A DNA stretch of 64,000 nt from NCBI GenBank assembly GCA_963713865.1, contig OY970208.1, forward strand, positions 2,528,001-2,592,000, read 5' to 3'. Both the position numbers and the translations under genes were made by a program. This DNA is from an uncultured candidate division Zixibacteria bacterium. GTDB lineage: Bacteria > Zixibacteria > MSB-5A5 > RBG-16-43-9. The notes below the pieces were generated by a model. That model was not told where the DNA came from. It worked only from the letters and a program-made list of their open reading frames with translations, and did not search any database. Below are positions 49,961-60,424 of the stretch, piece by piece; position 1 is the first letter of the stretch; each line of letters opens with the position of its first letter.

Positions 49961-51932
49961 TCAATACGGCGGTGGTCCGCCTTTGAACAGGTAATTAATC
50001 AGATAAACTACATCAGAAACATTTAGTAAACCATCGCAATTAACATCTCCAACTGACAATTCAGGAACAGGAGAGAATCCACCTTTGAATAAATAGTTGA
50101 TCAGACAAACTACATCTGAAACGCTCAGTTTTTTATCACCATTCGCATCCCCCCGCATCACAGATAGAAACGTCCAGGTCTGGTTGGACCATTTTTCTAA
50201 AGAGTTATCATACGCTCTGACTTTCCAGTAATATCTTGCGATCTGGAGTGTTTCCGTAAACTGACTGGATAAAAGACTATCATAGACAACTGTGGAATCA
50301 AGCTGGAAAGCAGGAGAAGTGCTGACATATAAATCATATCTAAGCTGTTCCCCGGGGTTTGGGTCTGACCAATCAAAATTTATAATATAGGGAATAAAAA
50401 CACTGTCTTCAGGCGAAAGGAGGGAGAAGGCTGGAATAGGAGCATAAATATAGGCATACAGTCTATCACCCACAATGGAATCTACTCTGACGACTATACC
50501 TGAGGGACCGGAATAACCATCACTATTAGGATAAGTAGTTGGAGTGAAGCTCTCCTGATACTGGACATTGTTGGAAAAAGGTGCGGCTTTTCTGGTTTCA
50601 TAAGGATACCACCATTGAGCGCTGTCCGTAACATGTCCTTCAGGATTGTGAGAAGCACCCCTGGCTGGATTATAACCGGCATCTTCAACTGCAACACTGT
50701 AGTGCGGGTAATACGGCGTTCCGTCATTTGACCAAGAACGTGAGAACAGCGAGTCATCAATATGGGTAATTAGCAAACCCCTGTCCAGTGAATCCCCACC
50801 ATAGCTTAAATTAGGCCACAGATAACAGCTGAAGTCAGAATCTAATTTATCAAATTTAGCTGTCGAACCAGGATTCCGGTATTCTAAAAGAAAATATTCC
50901 CCTTCAAACGGATTTATAGGAAGTATATATATGGAACTGTCTTTTCTTGTCTCTATATTGTAAATTACAACATTGTTATGGGTTCCTGTTATTGCTATAG
51001 GATCAACCCATCCAAGTTGTTTTTTGCTCCATCCGCACAGATGAGATGGCACCTCAGAACCAATCGACATTAACCCATACCCGTAATATCCCATCAAGCA
51101 CCAGTCAACTAAGGGATGATCGTTACCGTCATTGGGCGTGTTGAAGGTTGAAATATCCAGCTTGTCATCATAATCATACAGGTCGGGTAATCCCAGATTA
51201 TGGGCTAACTCATGACAAAAAACCCGTATTTTGTTTAATTTATTCACGCCTGAAAACCCTGGTGGGTACAGAGAGTCGTGCAATGGTCGTGTTTCCGGAG
51301 AGGTATTCCACCTTGGGATCTGCATTCCATCGTAAGGTCCTGGACCAGAACCGGGTGCGTAGATATAGGCATACGACCAGATATCATCCCAATCCTGTGA
51401 ATCTTCCTTACCATTGCCAGAGCGGATAAAAACTACAGCATCGACATCGCCATCATGATTACCATCGAACTGCGAATAATCTATAACCGGATCAAGTATC
51501 GGGAATAGGGATTCAAAATCAAACCGAGACAACATAGTTTCCGGCATTATACCAATCTCTTACCTCGCCAACTACGTTTAGTTTTCCGTAGGAAACCTCA
51601 TAGAAATAGTCAGCCACAGAGCCTCCGGGAAAGACATCTCTGGAGAAAAGCAAGCTGTCCAGAGTCTCTCTGGAATATGTGCCACGTCGATCAGACCACT
51701 CGACCATAATGGCTAATACTTTGAGCGTATCACCGGTAAAACGGAATGAGGCAATCGCAAGGCTGTCCTGTCGGGTAAGCTGGGATACGGGGATTTTTCC
51801 AAACTGCGATTCAATTTCTTCACGAGGGACATCGAGTATTATGCCCCTGGAAAGATCAACCGCGGAGATAATACCATAAAACGCTATTATCATAAACCCG
51901 CATATAATTAAAACCTGGAGCAACCTTTTCAT
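49961..51932 (-). CDS. Secreted M6-family (immune inhibitor A-like) metalloprotease with C-terminal dockerin-like domain; frameshift ~51525-51545
   Basis: Signal peptide, SVADYFYEVSYG, HELAHNLGLPDLYD, EYFLLEYR, two GD.N.D..VSDVV.LINYLFKGG repeats. Confidence 0.85.
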
Positions 51933-52205
51933 AATTCCGCCTTTTTAAGGTTAGAGGTTTACTTTAATATTCTGACTAATCAGTAATATAATAACTCAAA
52001 AAAGGGGGAAAACGAGTGAATTATTTATAGAATTAAGATTGTAGAGATTGAACAGTTAGCTGAGCAAACATAGATATCTGCCTTCGCAAGCTCACCCCAA
52101 TGATAGGTCGATCTCTTGAACCTCTCCCTTGCTCTTGTAAAGGAGAGGGAATTGACCTCACCCTTGCCCTCTTCTTTTCAAGTAGAGGATCAGGGAGAGG
52201 TTTAA

Positions 52206-52306
52206 TTGGAGTGCATTAACTTGTCGAATTTGACCTTGAGGTTAATGCTTGCAAAAACAAACTTTTGCACTCCAACAAAAATGGGCAACCCACCGGGTCG
52301 CCCCTA
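52206..52306. repeat. GGAGTGC REP doublet with 18-nt loop insert, plus another REP
   Basis: Homologous to 26734-26821 and to the reverse complement of 61855-61980. Confidence 0.85.
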
Positions 52307-52345
52307 TCATCCGCTGACCACTAACAACTAACCACTGTTTTTTAC

Positions 52346-52418
52346 AGCCACCGACCCGAATCGAACGGGTGACCGGCTGATTACGAATCAGCTGCTCTGC
52401 CATCTGAGCTACGGTGGC
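52346..52418 (-). tRNA. tRNA-Thr(CGT)
   Basis: GCCACCG acceptor stem, anticodon arm GCTGA-TTCGTAA-TCAGC, GTTCGATTC; no encoded CCA. Confidence 0.93.
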
Positions 52419-52498
52419 GAAAACAGTTTGATCGTTTGTCCGTTTGGAGTTTGAAGAAACTTCGAACAAACTAACAAACTTACAAACGGTATTATAAA

Positions 52499-52571
52499 TG
52501 CCACCCCCCAGAATTGAACTGGGCACACACGGATTTTCAGTCCGTTGCTCTACCGACTGAGCTAGAGTGGC
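52499..52571 (-). tRNA. tRNA-Phe(GAA)
   Basis: Anticodon arm ACGGA-CTGAAAA-TCCGT, GTTCAATTC; no encoded CCA. Confidence 0.93.
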
Positions 52572-52761
52572 AAATAGAACTTATTAACTTTAAACTCTAC
52601 GCAATAATATAGAAATCAGCGAATTATTTCCCTTTATTAAAAGGGAAATCTATCTTTGTTAATCGGCAATTTATATTACATCCCCACTTTGTCAAGCGAA
52701 AAAAGACAATTTAACGCTTTGCAGGCAGGTTTTACTTGTAAATAATACACACCATTAGCAA

Positions 52762-53100
52762 TTAATTCAAAATTTTATAATTTAGAACCTCTAAAGGAGT
52801 GCCCTGCATACAGAAGGATGCTATAATTTTTATCTTACCTATTACCGTAATCTTTAATCCCTCTTTTTTAATTCCAATCGACCTTTCACCTACGAGTTCG
52901 TATGATATGCCTGAGTTTGAAACTAAAATCCAGCATTCATACTCTACACCTCTTTTCACTGTACCAGTTACTATTATAAGGTCACCTTCTCCTTCAGACT
53001 TGAAAGGATTCTCACAACCTGAAAAAAATAAAAATAACCAAATCAGCAAAATAATAACTGCGATTTCTTTCCCAGGTATTTTTGATTTCAGAATATTCAT
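52762..53100 (-). CDS. Small putative lipoprotein
   Basis: Hydrophobic leader with FSGC lipobox; GVEYECW..CMQG Cys pair; GGAGG RBS. Confidence 0.7.
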   Translation of the reverse strand: MNILKSKIPGKEIAVIILLIWLFLFFSGCENPFKSEGEGDLIIVTGTVKRGVEYECWILVSNSGISYELVGERSIGIKKEGLKITVIGKIKIIASFCMQGTPLEVLNYKILN

Positions 53101-53153
53101 TTAACCCTCCCTGAACTAACCACTCTCACTAATCACCAATCACTGTTTTTAAC

Positions 53154-53227
53154 TGCGCCCAGAGGGATTTGAACCCCCAACCATCTGATCCGTAGTCAGG
53201 CGCTCTATCCAGTTGAGCTATGGGCGC
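53154..53227 (-). tRNA. tRNA-Arg(ACG)
   Basis: GCGCCCA acceptor stem, CTGA-CTACGGA-TCAG, GGTTCAAATCC; no encoded CCA. Confidence 0.93.
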
Positions 53228-53497
53228 ATAGATATTAAAAATACGAAACTTATCCTCCATACCAATATAAATTTTATAGAAGCCCTGTCAAATATTTTTA
53301 TTTAAAAAATATACCCACGTTGGGGGCAATGTGGGTATACCGGTTTCACTATAACAAAGACAAAAGGTCAGTCAATTAAATAATTCGCGTAGCAGTCCCG
53401 CCTTTGGCGGGATTAGATCTCTGCTACTGAGCCCTGAAGGCTCAGCTACACGTTCTTTTTTCTCCAAATACCAAACGAACAAACTCCAAACTGTATT

Positions 53498-54664
53498 CTA
53501 TTCCCCGTTTTTTCTCAGGGTCCCTTCCTGTTTACGGAGATAAGCTGGTATTTCTAAGTCATCCTGAGAAAAAATAGTATCCCGGTTCTTGGGCATAAGA
53601 ATCTCCTGAGTGGGATTTTCTTTTTTGGGCAAACGGGGTTTTTCAAAGACCAGTTTACGGGTGGAGAAAAGATCCTGCTCTGATTCCTTTTCTTTTTTAC
53701 CAGTAGAATTACCAAAACCAGTCGCAATAACCGTAACCCTGATCTCATCCTTTAAGAAATCATCGATCACCGCACCCCAGATGATATTGGCCTCTGCCCC
53801 GGCTGCATCCATAATCACCGAAGAGGCTTCATTCACCTCAAATAAGGTCATATTCGTGCCGCCGGTTATATTGACCAAAACACCTTTGGCTCCAGAAATG
53901 GAAACATTTTCTAAAAGAGGACTGCAAATCGCCTTTTGAGCCGCCTCAACTGCTCTATTATCTCCAGTACCGTAGCCTGTTCCCATCAGAGCATCCCCCA
54001 TCTCTGACATAACTGTTTTCACGTCCGCAAAATCCAGGTTGATCAAACCCGGGACAGTAATCAGGTCAGATATCCCCTTGGTAGCTTGAAGTAGAACCTC
54101 ATCTGCATATCTGAAGGCTTCTAGAAGAGTAGTCTCTTTTTGCACTACTGATAAAAGTTTCTGGTTGGGTATTAAAATCAGAGTATCCACCCTTTGCTTC
54201 AGCTCCTCGACTCCTTGCAGGGCTTTAGACATCCGTTTCTTACCTTCGAAATCAAAAGGTTTGGTAACAACTGCAATGGTTAAAACACCCAATTCCTTAG
54301 CGATCTCAGCCACAATCGGCGCTGCACCGGTTCCAGTTCCACCGCCCATCCCTGCAGTAATAAAGACCATATCCGCACCATTCAATGCCTCAGCCACCAA
54401 TTCCCGGTCTTCTTCAATTGCCCTTCTGCCGACCTCCGGAATGGAACCTGCACCCAGCCCTTTGGTAAGCTTGGCTCCTATTTGAATCTTCTGGGAAGCG
54501 CGAGAATTATCTAAAGCTTGTGCATCCGTATTAATCGAGATAAACTCAACCCCGGAAAGTGCAGCATCAATCATCCGATTGATCGCATTTCCGCCTGCTC
54601 CCCCTACACCCACTACCTTCATCCGGGCGTATTCCTGTGCCCCCATGTCTAATTCAAAAAGCAT
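53498..54664 (-). CDS. ftsZ: Cell division protein FtsZ
   Basis: GGGTGTG, NLDFADV, C-terminal LEIPAYLR. Confidence 0.97.
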   Translation of the reverse strand: MLFELDMGAQEYARMKVVGVGGAGGNAINRMIDAALSGVEFISINTDAQALDNSRASQKIQIGAKLTKGLGAGSIPEVGRRAIEEDRELVAEALNGADMVFITAGMGGGTGTGAAPIVAEIAKELGVLTIAVVTKPFDFEGKKRMSKALQGVEELKQRVDTLILIPNQKLLSVVQKETTLLEAFRYADEVLLQATKGISDLITVPGLINLDFADVKTVMSEMGDALMGTGYGTGDNRAVEAAQKAICSPLLENVSISGAKGVLVNITGGTNMTLFEVNEASSVIMDAAGAEANIIWGAVIDDFLKDEIRVTVIATGFGNSTGKKEKESEQDLFSTRKLVFEKPRLPKKENPTQEILMPKNRDTIFSQDDLEIPAYLRKQEGTLRKNGE

Positions 54665-54699
54665 AACCGACCTCCTGTCTTAAAAATATTTTAAATAGT

Positions 54700-55933
54700 T
54701 TATAAATATTCTCCAAAAAATCCTTTTACTTTTTGAGCAACCCGACTGAAAAATTTACCATTACTCATCTTTCTAAGCTTTCCCTTCTGCCCACCCAGAC
54801 CATATATAACTAAACCGATACCGGTAGTATTTACTGGATTGACCGCAATATCTAAAAGACCTGATACCCCTTTTACCTCTCCTTTTTTGACCGGCATATC
54901 AAAAACCTGTTCCGCTAAGTCCTCAACTCCTTCTAAAAGTGAACCTCCTCCAGTAAGAACTACTCCTGTAGCTAAGACATCCGCAAAGCTGGTCTTTTTT
55001 ACCTCGCGAAGAGCTAAACTGAAAATTTCCTCCATCCGTGGTTCGATTATGGCGGCTAATATACTTCTGGAAACCTCTCTCGGTTCCCGGCTTCCAACTC
55101 CAGGCACCTTTATCATCTCCTCAGAATCAGTTAATGAAGCTAATGCACATCCATAACTTTTCTTTAATTCTTCAGCTTGCTCCACTGGTGTTCTAAGCCC
55201 TATGGCTAAATCGTTAGTTACATTCCTGCCACCTAAGCTGATAACTGCAGTATGCCTTATGCATCCATCATAAAAAATAGCTACATTGGTAGTTCCACCA
55301 CCTATATCTATAAGTGCGACACCTAACTCTATATCTTCCGGAGTAAGGAGAGCCTGACTACAGGCTAAGGGTTCTAAAACTAAATCCTGAAGTTCATACC
55401 CGGCTCGTTTTATACTCCGGTGAATATTCTGGGCAGAGGTAACTGAGCCAGTAACGATATGCACTTCTACTTCCAGTCTTGTTCCACCCATCCCCTTAGG
55501 GTCTTTTATTCCAGACTGGTCATCCACAGTGAATTCCTGGGGAAGAACATGGATTATCTCCCTGTCCATAGGGATTGCCACAGTTTTCGCCGCTTCTATG
55601 GCTCTGTCGATTTCTGCCTGGCTTATCTCCCGATCTGGTTCTGGTTACTGCTATTACACCTCGACTATTAATACTGCGAATATGATCTCCAGCTATCCCG
55701 GCATAAATTGATTCAACCTTTACTCCAGCCATTAGCTCTGCATCCTGCACTGCCTTGATAATCGAGTTTACCGTCTGTTCCAGGTTCACCACCACGCCCC
55801 GTTTCAAACCTTCAGCCGGAGCTGTTCCCAGCCCAACGATCTTTATCTCCCCTTCTTCTCCTATCTCTCCGATTACTGCAGCAATTTTAGTTGTGCCTAT
55901 ATCCAGACCTGCCACTATATCTTCTTTACCCAT
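54700..55933 (-). CDS. ftsA: Cell division protein FtsA (+1 frameshift at ~55639)
   Basis: LDIGTTK, IDIGGGTT, VLTGGGS; deleting one A restores VTRPDREISQAEIDRA. Confidence 0.93.
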
Positions 55934-56023
55934 AACCTACCTCTCTACGAGCCGAATCCCGCCTGAGGCGGATTATCGACTTCTTTTAAAGGCTTTTCTT
56001 TTTACCCTTAAGAATTTGTAAAT

Positions 56024-56755
56024 TTATCTAACCGGGTTTACTCCTTTGAAAATCACCTGGTCTTTAAATCTTAAATCTATACCTTTATACCCATCAAAAA
56101 CTAAATCTTTATTTAACCAGATAAATCTCTCAAACTTCTTTTGAAAATCACCTGCTCCAAAAAATATTTTAGTGCCAGTTTTTACTATGATGACCACTAA
56201 ATTATCTTTATCCTCTAAATTCATCTCCGAGATCTTCTCAAGAAATGAAGGTTTTTCTTTTTTAACGATTTTATAAAAAGTTAATGCTGTTCGGATCTCC
56301 GCATCCTCTATTCTGGCATAAGGCTTAAACCCTTGGGATTTAATCCCGTTGATCAGGGGCAGATCATAACTGTAACTATCTTTTAAGGGAATAATTTCTC
56401 CATTAACTGAAAGTCCATACAGCTTAGGTGAAAGTTTTAGATTCACCAACAGGTCCGGTTTTTTCTCCTGGACTCTTACCTGAATCTCTTGAGGAAAAAC
56501 TCTTTTGACTTCAACTGATTTTACCCTTTGATCTTTTTCAACCCTTTTTTCTATATCTTTCAAATTTATCCTGAAAATGTTCCTTTTTAATCTTACTCCA
56601 GAAAGCTTTAAAACCTCATCTTTGCTTAAATCTTCATTCCCGGATATATTAAGAACTTTAAGCTCAAACCAAGGTGAGCTGGTAAGGAAAAGCTCCATTG
56701 TCCTTACCCATAGAAAAACAAGCGCTAAAATCCCTATTAATGATATTTTTTTCAT
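56024..56755 (-). CDS. ftsQ: Cell division protein FtsQ/DivIB
   Basis: TM, POTRA, IDLRFKDQV; dcw position. Confidence 0.88.
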   Translation of the reverse strand: MKKISLIGILALVFLWVRTMELFLTSSPWFELKVLNISGNEDLSKDEVLKLSGVRLKRNIFRINLKDIEKRVEKDQRVKSVEVKRVFPQEIQVRVQEKKPDLLVNLKLSPKLYGLSVNGEIIPLKDSYSYDLPLINGIKSQGFKPYARIEDAEIRTALTFYKIVKKEKPSFLEKISEMNLEDKDNLVVIIVKTGTKIFFGAGDFQKKFERFIWLNKDLVFDGYKGIDLRFKDQVIFKGVNPVR

Positions 56756-58137
56756 TTCCCTTTCTTTTTTAAGGCTGAAATGAGATTTTCACCTACCTTG
56801 TAAATATCCCCGGCTCCAATAGTTATCACCAGATCGTTTTCCCTTAAGATTCTCGAAAGGAATGGAATTATTTCTTCTTTCCGGGGTATATAGAAAACCT
56901 CCTTATGTCCAAACTCCTTTGCCTTTGAGACAATCAACTCACCCGTAATTCCCGGGACAGGTTCTTCCCTGGCTGGATAGATATCGGTCACGATCAAAAG
57001 GTCCGAGTCAAAAAAAGATTTACCGAATTCTTTATAAAAATCTTTGGTCCGGGAATAAAGATGAGGCTGAAAGATAGCGATTATCCTTTTTTTATATCCA
57101 TCTCTTGCCGCCTTGAGTGTAGCCTTTATTTCTGTGGGATGATGAGCATAGTCATCCGCAATCATCACTCTGTCTATCTCCCCTTTAATCTCGAATCGCC
57201 GGCTAACCCCTTTGAATTCAGACAGAGCTTTCTTCATCTTCTCGAAAGGAATTTCGAGCTCCAACCCTACACAGAGTGCCGCTAAACAGTTTTTTACATT
57301 GTGAATTCCGGGAACCAGAAGCGAAATCTCTCCCAAATCTTTACCTCTATTTCTTACTCTGAAAAAGCTTTGATTTTCTGAGAACTGGATGGAATGAGCC
57401 ACCAGATCAGCCTGTGGTACAAGCCCGTAGGTAACTATAGGTCTTTCTATCCCTGGTATAATCTCCTGTATAGCCTCCTCATCTAAGCACAAAATTACAC
57501 TGCCATAAAATGGAACTTTATTGACAAACTCTGTAAAGACCGATTTTATCTCCTCTAAATCTTTGTAATAATCTAAATGTTCAGCCTCTAAGGTGGTAAC
57601 TACGGCGATAGTAGGTGTAAGGCGCAAAAAGGAGCGATCGAACTCATCTGCTTCAGCCACTAAGTATTCCCCTTGACCCAATTTCGCATTACTCCCCAGG
57701 CTTTTTACCCTTCCTCCCACGATAATAGTCGGGTCTAAACCTGCTTCTGTCAAAATATGCCCGATCATAGAAGTTGTAGTTGTTTTACCATGAGTTCCAG
57801 CAACCCCTATGCCGTATTTCATCCTCATCAATTCCCCTAACATCTCTGCCCTTCTTATCACCGGGATCTTATTCTCTTTAGCAAAGAGAACTTCAGGGTT
57901 TGAGTCTTTAACGGCTGAGGAGATCACTAAAACATCTGCATCCTTCACATTTTCTTTTTTGTGCTCTAAAAAGATTTCAATCCCCAGCTTTTCTAATCTC
58001 TCAGTCGATTCAGAACTCCTTATATCCGAGCCAGTAACTTCATACCCGAGATTCCATAGAATCTCTGCAATCCCGCACATCCCGGTTCCGCCTATTCCAA
58101 CGAAATGAAGTTTTTTTACCTTTTTGAATTTCACCAT
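56752..58137 (-). CDS. murC: UDP-N-acetylmuramate-L-alanine ligase
   Basis: GIGGTGM, GTHGKTTT, EADEFD, DDYAHHP, FQPHLYSR. Confidence 0.96.
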   Translation of the reverse strand: MVKFKKVKKLHFVGIGGTGMCGIAEILWNLGYEVTGSDIRSSESTERLEKLGIEIFLEHKKENVKDADVLVISSAVKDSNPEVLFAKENKIPVIRRAEMLGELMRMKYGIGVAGTHGKTTTTSMIGHILTEAGLDPTIIVGGRVKSLGSNAKLGQGEYLVAEADEFDRSFLRLTPTIAVVTTLEAEHLDYYKDLEEIKSVFTEFVNKVPFYGSVILCLDEEAIQEIIPGIERPIVTYGLVPQADLVAHSIQFSENQSFFRVRNRGKDLGEISLLVPGIHNVKNCLAALCVGLELEIPFEKMKKALSEFKGVSRRFEIKGEIDRVMIADDYAHHPTEIKATLKAARDGYKKRIIAIFQPHLYSRTKDFYKEFGKSFFDSDLLIVTDIYPAREEPVPGITGELIVSKAKEFGHKEVFYIPRKEEIIPFLSRILRENDLVITIGAGDIYKVGENLISALKKKGK

Positions 58138-58152
58138 ATATTAGTATTTTTC

Positions 58153-58213
58153 GTAGGGCGACCCTTTCAGGGTCGCTATTTTTTGTAGGAACGGGCTTAA
58201 AACCTGCCCCTAC
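58153..58213. repeat. Two REP palindromes inside the dcw operon
   Basis: gtagggcgaccctttcagggtcgc; gtaggaacgggcttaaaacctgcccctac. Confidence 0.8.
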
Positions 58214-58220
58214 ACATGTA

Positions 58221-59318
58221 CTATCTATTTAATAGCCTTACCATCTCATCCACGATTTGAGAAGTTGCCAGAGGTTTTGCTAACATCCTGGCTTTATCTG
58301 ATACCTTCTTTAACCTGTTATCATCTTTTATCAACTCTGCAATCAATCCTGCTAATTTTCCCCCATTAAGCTCTTTTTCCAAAATCACCTCAGCTGCCCC
58401 TTTTTCCTTTAAAGACAAAGCATTATATCTCTGATGATCAGCAGTGGCAAAAGGATAAGGGATCAAAATCACTGGTTTACCGCAGGCAGTTACCTCAGCC
58501 AGGGTTAAAGCCCCTGCCCGGCAAACTAAAAGATCAGACACCGCATAAGCAGAAGCCATATCCTGGATAAACGGCAGAACAGTTGAAGTCAAATTTATAC
58601 TTTTCATAAAATCTTTTATATCTTCAAAATCCTTGCTTCCAGTTTGCCAGAGAAACTGCAGGTTCTCATATTTCTTTAAATACTCCATCCCCTCTCTTAT
58701 TGCATTATTTATAGCTTTCGAACCCAGGCTGCCACCGAAGATAAAGACCGTTTTTTTATTTGGTTCCAAACTGAATTTTTTCAGCCCTTCTTCCCTATTT
58801 CCTGAAAATATCTCCTTCCTGATCGGGTTTCCTGTTATTCTAAGTTTTTTCTTAAAAAGAAAATATCTGGTTGAGTTCTGATAAGATAGAAAAACCTGAC
58901 CAGCTAACAGGGACAAAATCCTCGTAGATAAACCGGGATAGGAGTTCTGTTCCTGGATTACTGTCTTTTTACCCATAAGACTTGCCATTAATACAATTGG
59001 TAAACTAACATATCCGCCAGTTCCAATCACCATATCAGGATTGAATTTTTTAATAACCATCCTTGATTCTAAAAGACTTTTGACCAGGAATAAAGGTAAA
59101 ACCAAAAGCTCCTTTTTTAAAGATCGAGCCAGTCCTCTAACCGAGATAAATTCCAATTTGAAGTTGTTTTTTGGAACCAGCTCCTTTTCCAGGCCCTTCC
59201 TCGTTCCTACAAAAAGTATATCAGAGTTCGGAAACCTGAACTTAAATTCATTTGCTATAGCAATTGCCGGATAGATATGCCCTCCGGTACCTCCTCCAGC
59301 CAAAATCAATTTTACCAT
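58221..59318 (-). CDS. murG: Lipid II GlcNAc transferase
   Basis: GGGTGGH, GGYVS, EQNS, GGSLG, RAGA. Confidence 0.96.
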   Translation of the reverse strand: MVKLILAGGGTGGHIYPAIAIANEFKFRFPNSDILFVGTRKGLEKELVPKNNFKLEFISVRGLARSLKKELLVLPLFLVKSLLESRMVIKKFNPDMVIGTGGYVSLPIVLMASLMGKKTVIQEQNSYPGLSTRILSLLAGQVFLSYQNSTRYFLFKKKLRITGNPIRKEIFSGNREEGLKKFSLEPNKKTVFIFGGSLGSKAINNAIREGMEYLKKYENLQFLWQTGSKDFEDIKDFMKSINLTSTVLPFIQDMASAYAVSDLLVCRAGALTLAEVTACGKPVILIPYPFATADHQRYNALSLKEKGAAEVILEKELNGGKLAGLIAELIKDDNRLKKVSDKARMLAKPLATSQIVDEMVRLLNR

Positions 59319-60424
59319 AACCTCCGATAGATTTTAAAACCTCTTTGTCTGGATACATTCAGGATTATCCCCACGCCGGCCAGATTGAAAAGAAGAGAAG
59401 AACCTCCGTAGCTTAAAAATGGCATTGGTATGCCGGTAGTGGGTAATAAACCCAGGACCACTCCACTATTTATTAGAAAATTAACGAAAATGGTAAAGGT
59501 CAAGCCAAAGGCTAAATAATATCCCAAAAGGTCTGGTGCACGCTGGGCTATCTGAGCTCCTCTCCAGACTAAAAGGAAAAATAAGATTATAACTCCAGAG
59601 ACCCAGAAAAACCCTCCTTCTTCACCGATAGTTGCTAAGATAAAATCGGTATGAGGTTCCGGCAGGAAAAAGAGCTTCTGTCTCCCCTCACCCAACCCCA
59701 CCCCGATTAATCCGCCATTCCCTAAAGACAAAACTGCTTGCTTGAGCTGATAACTACCCTTGAGCGGGTCTCTAAGAGCTTTACCATAATCAATCAATCT
59801 ATCCTTTTCATACCCGGTAAAATGGACAAACAGAAGCCCCAAGATTAAAACTGGTAAAGTTATAGCTAAAAGATGTCTTAACTTTGTCCCAGAAAGGTAA
59901 AGTAGAACCAACGAGCTTAAGACTAAAGTAAAGACCCCTCCTAAATGTGGCTCTTTCAGGATAAGTAAAGTAGCGCTTCCTAAAACAATTAAAAAAGGCA
60001 CAGCTAGATGCTTGAACTGTTTAATCTTCTCCCCTTTCTTAACCAGGGTAAAAGCCATATAGATGATGAATGAAGGTCTGAAAAATTCACTGGGTTGAAA
60101 CCCGATTGGACCAATCCTGAACCATCTATGTACCCCCTTGGTTGCACTCTGGAAGAGGACCAGGACTAAAAAGGCTAAAGAGGAGAAAAGAAAAACATAC
60201 GAAATTTTTTCAAGCTTGTGATAATCTATCTTTAAAAACACGAAGAAAACAGCAGAGGAGATTATTATCCAGATGCACTGTCTGATCAAAAAAAATGTGC
60301 TATCTTTTTTCATTTTAAAATCAGCCAGAATAGCAGAGGCTGAATAGATCATCACCATCCCCAGGAAAACCAGTATCAGGATAATGAAAAGAAGCATAAA
60401 ATCTGGTTTGGAACGATCAGTCAT
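59312..60424 (-). CDS. ftsW: SEDS glycosyltransferase FtsW
   Basis: FQPSE, LPEPHTDFI..IGEE, PFLSYGGSS. Confidence 0.94.
   Translation of the reverse strand: MTDRSKPDFMLLFIILILVFLGMVMIYSASAILADFKMKKDSTFFLIRQCIWIIISSAVFFVFLKIDYHKLEKISYVFLFSSLAFLVLVLFQSATKGVHRWFRIGPIGFQPSEFFRPSFIIYMAFTLVKKGEKIKQFKHLAVPFLIVLGSATLLILKEPHLGGVFTLVLSSLVLLYLSGTKLRHLLAITLPVLILGLLFVHFTGYEKDRLIDYGKALRDPLKGSYQLKQAVLSLGNGGLIGVGLGEGRQKLFFLPEPHTDFILATIGEEGGFFWVSGVIILFFLLVWRGAQIAQRAPDLLGYYLAFGLTFTIFVNFLINSGVVLGLLPTTGIPMPFLSYGGSSLLFNLAGVGIILNVSRQRGFKIYRRLW

Noticed and set aside
49500-52346. Genomic island integrated at tRNA-Thr
   Set aside because: No integrase and no duplicated tRNA 3' end seen; the AT-rich stretch at 49500-49850 has no interpretable ORF.
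53184-53195. Similarity of the CTACGGATC insert core to the tRNA-Arg anticodon loop
   Set aside because: A 9-nt match is too short to support a tRNA origin.
56024-58137. Absence of murB and ddl between murC and ftsQ
   Set aside because: Direct murC-ftsQ linkage occurs in other lineages; not unusual enough to report.
521-59274. Numerous short antisense or alternate-frame ORFs in the track
   Set aside because: They are shadows of well-supported genes and carry no recognisable motifs.
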